Shown one piece after another: positions 1 through 11,960 of a DNA stretch of 64,000 bases. Origin of the DNA: Ramazzottius varieornatus. Lineage: Eukaryota > Animalia > Tardigrada. The stretch lies in the NCBI GenBank assembly GCA_001949185.1, contig BDGG01000006.1, positions 1,036,827 to 1,100,826 of the forward strand. The letters run 5' to 3'. The notes below the pieces were generated by a model. It was not told where the DNA came from, made no database searches, and was given only the letters and a program-made list of their open reading frames with translations. Within the stretch, counting starts at the first letter, position 1; the number at the start of each line of letters is the position of its first letter. The position numbers and the translations under genes were made by a program.

Positions 1-59
1 GGTACTAGAAGCACATTGATACGTGGAATAACTATTGTTCAGGCTCTTTCTTCTCCGGC

Positions 60-1428
60 TGCTGTTTGATGCTCGCAAGTTGAATCTATAACAGGAGATT
101 AGCGGAGTGCACTGCGCTTCTGTTCGTCTGGCTTCGGCTTCTAGTTGTTGTACGCTCAGTGCTTCCATGCGTTCTTCGAACTGATATTAAGCTGTTTTTT
201 CCACTGCCAGCATTTTCCTGCAGGATAGTTCGCTCTTTTTCGTCTTACCAATCCAGCTTCCTGCTCTCATAGCCTTCCACTACCTCATCGTAGCTGAGGA
301 ACTTCCTTTGTGTCGAAAAGGGCTTCTTGTTTCCTCTGAGAGTCAATGGAACCTTCAGCTCGGGGTTCTTCCGCTTTCCACAGCCTGCGTCAGCCTTGGA
401 ATCACCATCTGAGGACGAAGATGAACCTAAAAGGACTGTTACTGGCTTCTTTTTTGACGTCCAAGCTCCAGGTTGTGCTGCCGGAACTTCTGGTGCATCT
501 GACGCTTCGGGGGACGGAGATTGATCAGCAAACATATCGACTACCATAGAAGGTACGTCCAGATCGAGTAGGTCAGCTTCCATTTTTCGTCCATTGTCCA
601 TTAAGAACTGCTCTGCATCGTCTGTCGCGTCCGTATTGTCTGCTGCATATGGCGTAACCATCTTGGGACTGTCACGGAATACAGGATGTAAGCGGCTCCA
701 GAAGGGACGAGCTTGTTCCACCTTATCTAGAAATAAAAGACAGGTAATTGGATGAAGTGATGAAACTTGGAATTCTAAACGGTGTATCTCTGCTTGCAGT
801 TAAAATTTTTAACTTTCACCACTTCACAACCTATTGCGCTGAATCAGTAATAAAATACCCAAAACATATTCCGCACTAATCACTTGATTGCTTGACAGGC
901 GTGACCAGGCTTTTGCTTGACAAGCGTGACCAGGCAGTAAAAAAGCATGGTCAGCGAGTTGATTTGCTTGGACAGCTTGAGACGGAACATAGCTTTGAGA
1001 GTGATGATCTTCTGCTGGATATCGTCTTCTGTCACACCTTCTCCCGTTGTCCCGAACAGGGCACAGGGATCCCGGTAACAGCTCCCAAAGGACGTGAGCT
1101 TGGACTTCACGGAATCTACGGACACGTTGTCGATGCCGTTTGCATTCGAATAATCCACAATCGATCGTAGTACTGCCATCTTCCTGTTTTTAGACGTCTT
1201 CTTCTGACCGGCAGCCGTCTTGGTCCCTGCGCAACGCCACTTAGCCCAGTTGCCTCGCTCTTCGATCCACTGCAAAAGTTAGTCATGAGCGGCGGTGTTG
1301 GCCTATCGAAACTGTGGTTCCCGAGGCTTGGGATTGCGCTTGCCGGTGGCTTCGACAAAAGGAGCACTCGGCCCCAGTTGTACCTGCGAACTTGCTGGTT
1401 TCGCCCGGATGGGCTATAGCGGTGGCAT
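60..1428 (-). pseudogene. Decayed Myb/SANT-like DNA-binding protein of the type associated with PIF/Harbinger transposons
   Basis: From ATG 1428 the frame reads MPPL*...PQFR*ANTAAHD*LLQWIEERGNWAKWR...VKSKLTSFGSCYRDP...TTGEGVTEDD. After an intron (acceptor ...tttctag near 728) it reads DKVEQARPFWSRLHPVFRDSP, then an acidic/coiled tail. Three in-frame stops plus a likely frameshift near 245. Family assigned by motif recognition only. Confidence 0.55.
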
Positions 1429-1900
1429 GCTTATTTGAGCATCAGGAAGAAAAACCAGGACGGGATTGAAGAACGGAAGACTTGGAGAAGGAGTAGGTTA
1501 CAGAAATAGCGTCGGTAAAGCGAAATAGAAACTGAAAATTTCGTCAGCTGGTGGGAACACGAGTCGCTCCGGAGTAGGTCGTAATTACACTGTCATGTCC
1601 CGTCGATTTCTTCGCGGAGAATTATCGTTGATTAAGCTGTTTTCTTTATTTTCTGATCTTGGACTGATATGAAAGAGCTGCCAGCACGGTAAGATGGGAG
1701 AGCCTCGGAGAAGCAGACAGTAATCGCTGAAGAATCGAGCGAGCTTCTTCACCATCTGTTCACCAAAAGAAACTTTTCCTGCCGTCGTTATTTTCATCGG
1801 AGGCTCGAAACGATCTCAGGATATCCTAGAATGCGAAGCTGGAGAGTAGAAAACTGAAGCAGAATTTATGAAATCGTTTTTGATGGAAGGAATCGGAACG

Positions 1901-3376
1901 CGGAAATGACGCATTTTGGTATTCTAGGGCTTGGCTGATTCATCGTTCTATCGCCGTCAGCTGATAAGACTGTCCATATCGTTACCTTACCCTTCAAACT
2001 CACCTTTGTCTCTTTATGCTTTGCAGAATCAGACATCAACGAATATGGAAACTACCAACGTGGTTAATTTCAACAGTGGCCAGCAGCAGTCACAGCAGCA
2101 GAATATTCGGCATCGGCCGCCTTCTGCTCCTCAGAAAGCCCGAACGACGTCGGGCAGCTACCCCAACCAGAATAGTGCACCAGGAGGTGCTGGCGGATAC
2201 CTTCCTCCAGGCCAGCAAGGCATGAGCAACCACCAAGGACCACCACCGCCGCAGTTCATGCAGAATGGTCAGGCATTCAACCCGGCCATGATGCCGGGCA
2301 TGTATTCCTTCCCACCACAGAACCCTTTCGTCCCAGGAGGAGTAGTCATGACCATGCCCATGGGCGGAATGCCATACTACAGTCCTCAACAGATACCTGG
2401 CCAACAGATGCCACAGAGAATGCCACAGGTAGATGGCCGTAAATACTGCAGAAAAGCACGTAGCTGCATACTTGCCCAGTGTGTACTTGGAGAGGGCGAA
2501 TGTATGCAGGTTATTGACCAGTTACCTCGTTTCTTTTTCTAACGCTTCTTGGTTTGGCAGGCAATGCCGATGTCCTACGGTACTTCTCCCGTACAAGGTG
2601 GCTTCTACATGCCTGCTAGCGCACTCGTCGCTCCTCAGTTCAACCCGAATCAGCCTGGTAAGTCGCAGACTGTCTGTTTAAATTATCGTCTAAATTATCG
2701 TCTCCAAATTGGTCAAAACTGAATAGCAGTATGTGTTGGTACGTCAGAATCAATATCTAAAGATGACCGCCGCTATCATGAAGCGTAATCTTATAACTGA
2801 ACTCACTAGATTGTAAGTGAGGGGGATGGAAATTAGCGATGTCTTTTTCTCTTGTAGCTTTCGTGCCTGGTCCAAGTGGCGCACCTTCGCAAGGCTACCC
2901 TTCGCCGCAGGGCAGCGTCTCGCCGAATGTCCCTACAGGTGGAGCTGGTCAGCCTGGCATAAATGCTGCTCCTCGCTTTCCGGTCCCCGACGTGGTAGCT
3001 CAGACAACTGGAGCAGCGCCTGGAACACCCAGCTTCGCGCCTAGAGCCCCTGGTGTCGGACCTCCAGTACGCCCTTACTGGCAGACTGATCCGCTCTTCG
3101 TGCCGGGTCAGGCACCAGGTCGTACGCCTTCAGTTCCGGTCGCGACGAAGCCATTGCCCGAACGGAAAAAAAATGTCCTGGTCTCTACTGATCCCAAGAG
3201 TGGATCTGTGGTGGATATCCCGAAAACCGATGAGAAACCCAAAGCCGCTGCTGTACCAGCTGATGCCGGCCAGGTATGTGCCAGTCAAAAACTTCATGCA
3301 CCAACACACTGGTTCTGGGGTTGACTTACAGTCCAGTAGTGTGCAGGCGGGTGACAAGCGTGATAGTGCATCATGT
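1901..3376 (+). pseudogene. Inverted partial duplicate of the eIF4G 5' end (coding exons 2045-2428, 2561-2657, 2858-3273; truncated in the next intron)
   Basis: Near-identical reverse complement of ~21950-23446. ORFs 1931..2542 and 22795..23406 differ at only two residues. Exon lengths 384/97/416 nt and splice sites match the parent. No eIF4E-binding motif, MIF4G or MA3. Confidence 0.9.
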
Positions 3377-4639
3377 TGACCATCACAAGACTGTCTGCTA
3401 CATCAGTCAAGAACTTTCTGATTTTGGCGTGACGTGTGTTCTTCGCCTCGTATTGACTACTAGTATAAAAAAGGATGATGCCGAGTGCAGTTTTAACGAC
3501 TGTTACGCGTCGCAAACGGTGTAGAGATTTGGCAAAAGTACGCCTTGCCTCTGCGACTCCGAATTTTCTAGAATTCCGAAACAACTAAAGAAAAACCCTC
3601 CTTCGCAAAAAATGTGTTGAACATCTGCGAAATTGCAGCCCAGCAGTTCCGACCACAGCACAACATCAATCTTTGCTCTGTAGAATTCCACTCGAGCGTA
3701 CCCGTATGGTTCGTTCTTCGGCCATCTAATTCCTTTCCATGTTATGAATACCGCTCCACCATTGTATCGCGGAACCAGAAAGATATCCTCCTTCCATTTC
3801 TTCGAGACCCTGAACAGTGCAGATTTGAAAACTGATGCAGTTGAACTGGACGTAGGACTGCATAGAGAATCATACCACTTACCGTGTTAGACGTTGATAG
3901 TTTCGGACGTCCAAATGTTGCAGTATTTCTGTCCTAATCCCACAGGGCAAAGTCGCCCATAGTTTGCTGTCACAGTTCGAACGCGGGGCTCCAAAACTGA
4001 TCCGAAGTATCTTCATGGTCGCGCCGATTTTCAGTTCTGAAAAACCGCACGGATAGTTGGTCAGGACTTGTAAAGTTCTAGCAGAGTGAAGTACTCATGC
4101 ACTCAAAAACATTGAGATTACTTTTTGGTGTGTAAAGCAAACTGTAACCCAATGTGCGATCTCTTAAGCTATAGTCATCACTAATGTGCTTCTGTAGAAA
4201 GATGTAAGATCAATGTAGATCGACAAAACACGACATGCGGCGTACACACGATACTACGAGGAGTATGTTCGTGCATGCTAGTCCGTGCTATTAATACAAT
4301 AACACACAGATGCCACTTTAAATCCCGATCATTTCGGACCGAAGTCTAGTAAGTGCGCGTATATGTACACCGGAGTGCACGGTAAATGATATGTGCGACC
4401 TGGGGTACAGATATTTTGGAAATAAATTTCGGCCAAAGACCCGGATTGTCGTCATGTAGCCCTTGATCTTGGTGAGAGCTAGTCGAGGGCTTTCTTGCTA
4501 CGAGCAGCGAGGCCTCACTTTGCTCAGCGTACAAATTTGCTCACATACCTCTTATGCTACCTGTGGCAGCTCATGCGTAAACCGTCTAGGTCCATACGCG
4601 TTCACCAGAGTCTATTCTGAAATGTCAATACCAGACAAC

Positions 4640-5103
4640 AGTCCTCCTCACGACAGGCCGTAAAGCTCCGTTGATTGTGTTGATCTTGAAAGTGGATTAC
4701 AAAGTTTCGCTTTCAAGATAAGCAGCGCTCGAGTAGCTTATCTCGGAAGCGAAAACGAATTATTCTCTGCACACTTCTCAAAATTTCAAATTTCCATTTC
4801 TCAGCTGATCTCTGTCTGCACAGTGCTTGACGTTGCGAGATACCGTTTCACGTATGGGCTTCTTGATACCTATTAGTATCGGGGATATCGACAGACAGAG
4901 ACTAGCCAGAGAGAAAACCATGAATTTCAGCCTAGTCAGGAGGCAAAGTTTGCCAACAGACCTACCTCGCAAAACTCGCGCATTTCGGCTGCCGTTTCCG
5001 AGACTTTGGAAGAACGCAATTTTGCCTCACGACTAATTTCCGTTGATCCAGGAAACTCATATTTTAAAACAAACATTTGCGACATAAACAGCTCGGTCGT
5101 GAG
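4640..5103. mobile_element. MITE, family A copy 1 (right terminus eroded)
   Basis: Starts agtcctcctcacgacaggccgtaaagctcc and is highly similar over ~460 bp to 12772-13247. Ends ...gtcgtgag without the last gaggact. Confidence 0.8.
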
Positions 5104-6019
5104 TAGATCTAATATCTACTCAGAAACCATAAGTGACGACCAAACAACTTACGCGCTTTAATTGAAACGGCTGGTGTTTCGCAAAAGAATTCTACAGTAC
5201 TCAAAACATGCGGAAGTTTGGATAACTCACGCAGTTATCCAAACTTGAGCACACTCAAAACACTTCTCACAGCTCTCCTCTGCGTTCACCTTTCTCTTTG
5301 TTTCCTTGGTACGTGATTGCCAAGCAGTCATCCGCGGATAGTCTCTTTTTATGCATGTGCGCGTCTCTGGGCATTACTTGTATGGTGGTGCATGAGAGTG
5401 CTGGATTTTTAACACGTGCGCGACACCTACATACATTCCGATAGGTCAGCGCACCTAGGGGCGTGTCAGTTGCTGCGCACTGGTGCTTGTACGGTGTTTG
5501 TATGTGCGTGTCGCGTCTACGCTAAAAAGCCGGGGCTCTCATCCACCGCCAGAAAAATCACGGAATGGACGCCAGAGACATGTACAATTATTTAAAGAGT
5601 TTTTTGAAAAATTCAAAATTAGCGTTGATCGTCGTGGTTTCTTTTTTCGGAGCGTCTATGCGCCGTTAATCTTCGTGTACTGACCTTCAACTTCAAAAAG
5701 ACTCCAAAGTTCTTGTACCGACCTTCAACTGTCGCAGCACCCCAAAAAAAGCCGTGAGCTAATCATTGAGGGATGGACCGGACCCCTGGTTTTGGTTCCT
5801 GGGGCCGGGTGGTGCGTTTCAACTTTTCGTCATTAGTTCAGGACAGAAAGCGCCAGCAGTTGCCGTATTTTCGTAAAGCAGATTGAGTGTTCGCGTTATT
5901 CTTACCGCTGGCATCGTAATAGCGCGTGGCCCATTAATTCATAGCAACACTTTGGGCGGGCTGCTATGACGAATCAAAGCTTGTACGGACTAAGGTCGGA
6001 TTCGCAACAGGGAGAGGAG

Positions 6020-6608
6020 TAAGGTTGTAAATTCCGGGCCGAATACCCTTGGAATGGAAAATAGGAAAGGAATTCCTAATATTCCTATATTCCTATTTCT
6101 TTCTCCAGAAGGTCCTCGCAGAAATCTGGAATTACAAAGTCCCATTGGCCAGCTTAGTTCTTTTTACATACCCATCTAAAACAGTAAACATGATCTGAGG
6201 TCATTAACAAATATTGGTTTTGAGACTGAAAGCCAGCTGGAGATTGACCGATCGGAACTTTCGGTCTTGTCGGACCTGAAAGTCCAAGGGAAAATCAAGG
6301 ACTTACGCACAGTTGAATGCACCGCATACTTTAGTGCGACGGATCGAAAACGCTATTGGTCGTTCAACTGAACGACCAATTAGCCTCAGGTGGTACGCAT
6401 GTGTGAGCCAGCATCGGGTTCAGTTTTTCGACAGGATCTGCGGGACCTTCGACTGTTTACCTCGTGGAATTCCTAAAGTTTCTCCGATTTTTGCTAGATT
6501 TCCAAATAGGAATTCCACCGTTCCAAACGGCTACCCCTTGAAACGGAACGGAATTCCAGGAATAGAACGGAATTTGGAAAGGAATGGAATTGGGAATTCG
6601 CAACCTTA
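6020..6608. mobile_element. Non-autonomous relative of the hAT element at 29458-32891 (opposite orientation)
   Basis: Termini taaggttgtaa ... tcgcaacctta. Subterminal ggaatggaaa/ggaattcc arrays match the reverse complement of both ends of 29458-32891. No clean TSD. Confidence 0.7.
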
Positions 6609-7765
6609 AGCTGAGATATGTCTATCTTAGCTAGCGTAGAAAACACCGCCATAAACTATTTCGACATCAACAAACCACAATCAACGTACTCAACATAACA
6701 GGCGATCCTGCTACACTAATCAGCTGTTGGAGCAAGAAACGGCTGCGTGACATCGCGTCCGAAACCCACGCTGACAAAGAACGGTAGTACTCTACAGTAG
6801 GTACCCTTCAAACTGCACAGTTTTTATCTCAGTTGTTTGGAAGCAGACAGTAGGTTTTGCAACGCGCTATCATAGTCTTTCAAACGAGCCCATGCGTGAA
6901 TTCCTCGGTGCTCTGCCAGAAAAGTTCCGTTGGACATAGCTACAGGTTGATTTTGATTGCCTCGACGGATTTTGAAAATCTATAGTAAAAGTAGGGCGGA
7001 TATTGCGGACGCCAAATTTTATCTCTACTTAACTCAGATTTTATCTCTATTTAACTCGTTTAAAACTCTTTCTTGAAAGTTCTGAAGAGATTTCTTGTAT
7101 TGGAAAATACAGGCAGAACAAAATCAAAAATCACTGGCAAAACACCCCTCAGCGGACTTCAGCCTGTGACTGCAAAAGACAGCTCACTTAATTTCTGTGG
7201 ACTACCGCTTATTCAGTAGACCATTCATTAAGCTTTTGATCCTCTGTCCTTTTTTCGAGTAAACGTTGCTGACTTTGTTCTACGCTACGTGAAAGAAGAT
7301 GGGCTTTTTTCGGTCAAATATCCTTGATTGATTTCTAGTTTTTACGGCTAACGTCAGAGAACTATGTGTTCATCCAAATGATTTTTCTCTGATAGCCAGT
7401 AATTCAGAGTCGCAGTGTAGATTTATTTGGTCACTTTTGATTCGCTCGAAAACAATGAACTGAAACAAATCCAAAACATTTCCAGTGCAGTCTCTGGATT
7501 GGATGTTGCCGATTCGACCAACGAGAGATATCCTAACAGAACTAATTCTTTCAATGGGTACAAGGAAGTTTTGGACAGATAGCGTTGGCGAAATTTGTTT
7601 AGCAACATTGATATAAGCAGCAAATTTAGTAAGTTAGTAGGTAACATAATAACGATTGTATTGTGTTTTGACTGTTCAGGTTGACTTCGGAGTCTGTCAC
7701 GTGAAAACCGGCCTCAGAACAGGCCCTAATTTCTCCATTAAACCAGCCACATTTGACCGAATATT

Positions 7766-10203
7766 ACAGGGTGAGTACAGTGTACGCCAACTTGCTACCA
7801 CCTAGAACTTCAGCGCAGAAGGAATTCAAAGTGCTGGTTCCTTTACGGTCCTTCGCAGATTTCGTTCAACTTTTCAAGCTCTTCTCAAAGAGACATACTT
7901 CATTTACATGCATTGAGACCAGGGTTGAAAAACTTGACCGGCATGACTTCCGGTAAGCATGACTTCTCGCCACGAATGAAGCAGGTTCCCTGGACCTCCC
8001 TATCTGAGAATCCATCCTCGATTTGATTTGAGTGTTGGTATACCTATCTAGGTTCTCATCCAAAATTAGATTAGATTGTGAGGTAATCAAACTAACTTTG
8101 AAAAGGAATTAAGATCGTCGAATTTGACCATTTTGCCGGGAAACCCCTCCTCGAGAGAAGAAACTGCAAAGTGTGTTCTAAACCAATATTTTGTACTCAA
8201 AACCACTTTTCATCTTGCTTAGCCCTTGGGCTGGTTTTTAACCACAGAGATGCGGGATCTTTTCGGAAAACTTGAAATTCCCCCAAAATTCGAGAAAGTT
8301 GTTGATTTGGGGGAACCTTGTTTTCCTAAAAAATAATCCGCCACTCCGATTTCGCGCAGTCTGTCCCAGACAGCTTTTGATTTAGATAGCACATGAGTTC
8401 GCCTCAGTTCGGTTACGCGTTCATGTTTCCCAAGAAAAAAACCGTAGATTCGGAGTACACCGCACTAGGGGATCCTGGGTGTTAGTAGCAAATAGAACTA
8501 GGATTCTACTAAATTGCACATGTGTGCGCATTACCTGTGCATTTCGATTTAGCCAATCAATCGATCAGACAGTATATTTAATCGCTTGATTGATGAAGTT
8601 CGGTTGATCGCTTGAATTTCTTGATTGTTTCAGCTGAATTTTGTTCTGTTGATTGTTTGATTGCCTTTCATTGATCTTTGATGAGCCGGTCCACCCGGAT
8701 TGATGATTGATACGGCCGACTAGGCTCGGTCGTTCGCCGAAAGATCGGGCCAAGTTGCTGGCCGGCTGACAGGCTGTCAGGCCAGGTAGTGACATGACAG
8801 TCTGGCAGTCAACCGCGTGATGTCAGTCTAATCTTCCCGTTTAGCGGTGACGTGCGCCCACCTTTCCCAAGACCACAACTCCTTTTGCTACCTCCACCCC
8901 ATCCGATTCTGATTAGCCGGTTGCTTGCACCATAACAGTGCTGATGGAGGGCCTGCAAAACAAGACGTTTCGTTCTCGACGGAATATACAAGTCGGGATT
9001 CTCATACAGGTGGATTCATAAGTGTTTTGCCAATTCAGGGCCCATTTCGTAAAACAGTTTTCTCCAGTTCAGAAAGATAACTCTGCTATTTCTTAGCATT
9101 CTAAGGAAACGCAAGATATTTCGGTTATCAGGAAGGGAAGATATCCATAAGATATATGCGACCAAGGTTGGAACTTGGTAGCTTTCAACAGAGCGTGTTA
9201 CACAAAGAGCGAAACCAAGTGCAGCAGCACGCTCATACAGCGTCTTTGATAGCGGAACCGCGCAGTCAATTCCAGCCCAGCGTTTCACTATCAGAGCGAT
9301 AATCTATGAGAACTCTCATACCATTTTCAGATATCAAGCATCCAGAAATATGACAGCCGCTCGCCCTCGGTAGACGCATCCAGCTCAGATGAGTGTGCCT
9401 GGTAACGGGAATCAGCTGTTCCCAGAATATCACAGCGACTTCTGTCGATGTCTGGAAGATATCCGCCAAGAGCAGGGCAGCGTATAGGACAGAGAGGAGT
9501 GAACAAAGATGAGGGAAGGTTTTGACGATATTTCCAGCAGGAGCAGATGTGAAGGAAATGAAATTTCATCGTCCAAAATTCAAAAGTCAAAACTGCTCGC
9601 GCGTGCATCAGAAACTTGGGTACCAGCGCACAGCCTGCGCTCGGTCACGTATGCGCCGGTTTAGATAAGTGTACTCTGGGTACCTGTCCGGCGCTAACTG
9701 AAGTACGAAATACACTTCGCTCGCTACTTTGCTTGGTACTCTTTTTTTCTGGGGATTAATTTCCGGAAAACGATTCAGCCCATTTCGAGAAATCTCGTTT
9801 TTAACCGACCACCCTTTATTTCTGCACGATTTTGCAGAAGTTGCTGTATCCGTGAATCAACAAGTGGTACAATGAGCCACGATGTTTTTATCGTTAGCTG
9901 GACTACCACTAAATGGTTTGCAATCAGCAGTTTTCCATTACAATTGAAATTGAGTGAAAAAAGGTTTTGCCCCGAGGGAGAAACAGCGAAATGTTCGGGC
10001 CGGAGCAGTTCCGCGGTTGCACCTTCCCTGATCCCTGATCAAATCTGGGATTGCTGCAGACATTCTTTCAGACCAAGTTATTTTTGAAAGGTAGCAAAAC
10101 GGATGTCACAGTAGAGAAAAATAGTTAGGAGGACGAAAATCCACTCAGTCGAGAGCGTCATAATTGTTAACAGGTGGTAGCAAGTTGACGCAATCACCCT
10201 GTA
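7766..10203. mobile_element. Possible Tc1/mariner-type non-autonomous element or a pair of its termini
   Basis: ta|cagggtg...caacttgctaccacct at 7766 faces aggtggtagcaagttg...caccctg|ta ending at 10203. A third similar end lies at 10322. No transposase seen inside. Confidence 0.35.
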
Positions 10204-11679
10204 ACTGACTGAAGCGCTGACACCATTGTCACGCGACCGGAAAACATAGTCTGTTTCGGCAAAGTTGTTTTTGTTTTTCGGATATTTGCGGCGGTCCGAA
10301 AATTCTTCTCCTCGACGAATCTACAGGGTGAGTGCGCCAAGTGACTACCACCTTGTAATATTCATGGCGCTCTCGACTAAGTTTATGTTGGTCCCCATCA
10401 CCATTCTTCCTTGATTAAGTATCCCTTTTGCTACCTTTTCAAAATAACTTGGCCAGAATGAATATCTATACGAAGTTGAGAATCAACCCAAACTAGAGAG
10501 GATGCGGCCGCGTACCTGCTCCGAGGCGAACTTTTCACTGTTTCTCCCTCCTCGTTTTTCCCTCTTCTGCTCTTTTCCCTGTTGCCACAAGTCTTTTCCA
10601 CATTAAAGTAACCTAATGTTTCTGTGGCTAAACCTCTGCCAACCGTCGGCTTCCCAGTGAAGCTGAGGGCTTTGCAAGGTGAACCCGATGTGCTGATGTC
10701 GCACCAGCACAAACCATAGAAACTCCAAACGGTTCTGGGATTTTCCGTGACAAGAAGGCGGAGCTATTTGAGCTGGATTGTGGATTGGCGGTGGGGCTGT
10801 TTTCGGCTGCCTGTTAACTTTTGCGAGATTTCGTTTTTGGAATTTCGGAATTCGGTTTTCTTCCAGCTTTTGTTTATCTCGACAAATCTGTCTCGAAACC
10901 CAGCTGCTGTTAGTAATTCTGGACGCAAAGTGCCTCTGGAAGGGAGTTTTGGGATCGGACAACGAAGAGTGGAGGAGGGAGTCAAAGAGAACAAGTTTCT
11001 GCAGCTGATGTTATCGCCGCAAGTTGCTCGGACATGCTGATGATGACTGGGCCTATTTCAAAGGTATCATTTGATTCCCAATGCTATTTTCCATACTGGA
11101 ATTGACCGTAGAACCTTGCTTTGCTTGGCTTATGGTGTCATAGCTTCTCACATTGTTACAGGTGGCAGTCAGGAGTTGGGGATGGGCTCATTAGCGATAT
11201 CGCTCCGGGATCAGCCATCAATTAATCAGGTGACGGTAAGTGCGCGTTGCATCATCGGATTTCTACCCACTAAATGAAATTCCCTATCGCACACTTGTCG
11301 GCTATTTCATCCAAAAGTTGCTATGACGGCTTCCATGCGTTGTCCAAGGGCGAAATAAACACACTTCCCTATAGAATGCCATGTTAACTTTCCTGGCTAA
11401 CCATTAACTTGAGCACAGCCATTGTTCGACCCATCAGGCAGACCTCGAACGTGATCCATTTTAACTAGAGAGACCACACGTATCTGACTTTGGCATTCTG
11501 AACAAAAAAATAAAATATTAAACTCAGCATCATGCAATAGGATACAAATAAGTTACGGGTAACATCATCAGCCACCTATCAGGGTACAAAATTGTCTGCG
11601 ATCAACGAGTCATGAACGTGGAAAGCTATTCGTAAAGTCAGAAAAATTGACAAAGAGAATTAGGTTAGCATAGCACGGT

Positions 11680-11960
11680 GACAATTCCAGGCTGCCATAA
11701 AGAGAAACGAAAGAACTTGGCTTCTAACATTGGTCTTCTTCATTCTGGAACTTCAGGACCGAAGACCACATAACCCATTCCCAAGAACCTGTACATCAGC
11801 TCCACATCCTTCTCCGCTTGCCGAATGTTCTCTGTAGTGAACTCTGCACAAAACCTCTCCAAAGAAACTACAAAGAGAAACACTTGCTTGAAAACACGCT
11901 CTAACAGTACTAGTATCCAAATTCAATAAGTCTACTATTACTTCCAGAGGATGCACTGGC
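11680..11960 (-). pseudogene. Out-of-frame remnant resembling the start of the CBP/p300 HAT (KAT11) domain
   Basis: Removing one A from CGGAAAGCCA (~11960) gives FLRKPVHPLEVIVDLLNLDTSTV...VLCRVHYREHS...TNVRSQVLSFLF. Compare CBP FLRRQNHPEAGEVFVRVVASSDKTV...FFGMHVQEYG...RCLRTAVYHEIL. In-frame TGA at 11753. Weak similarity, judged by eye. Confidence 0.45.
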
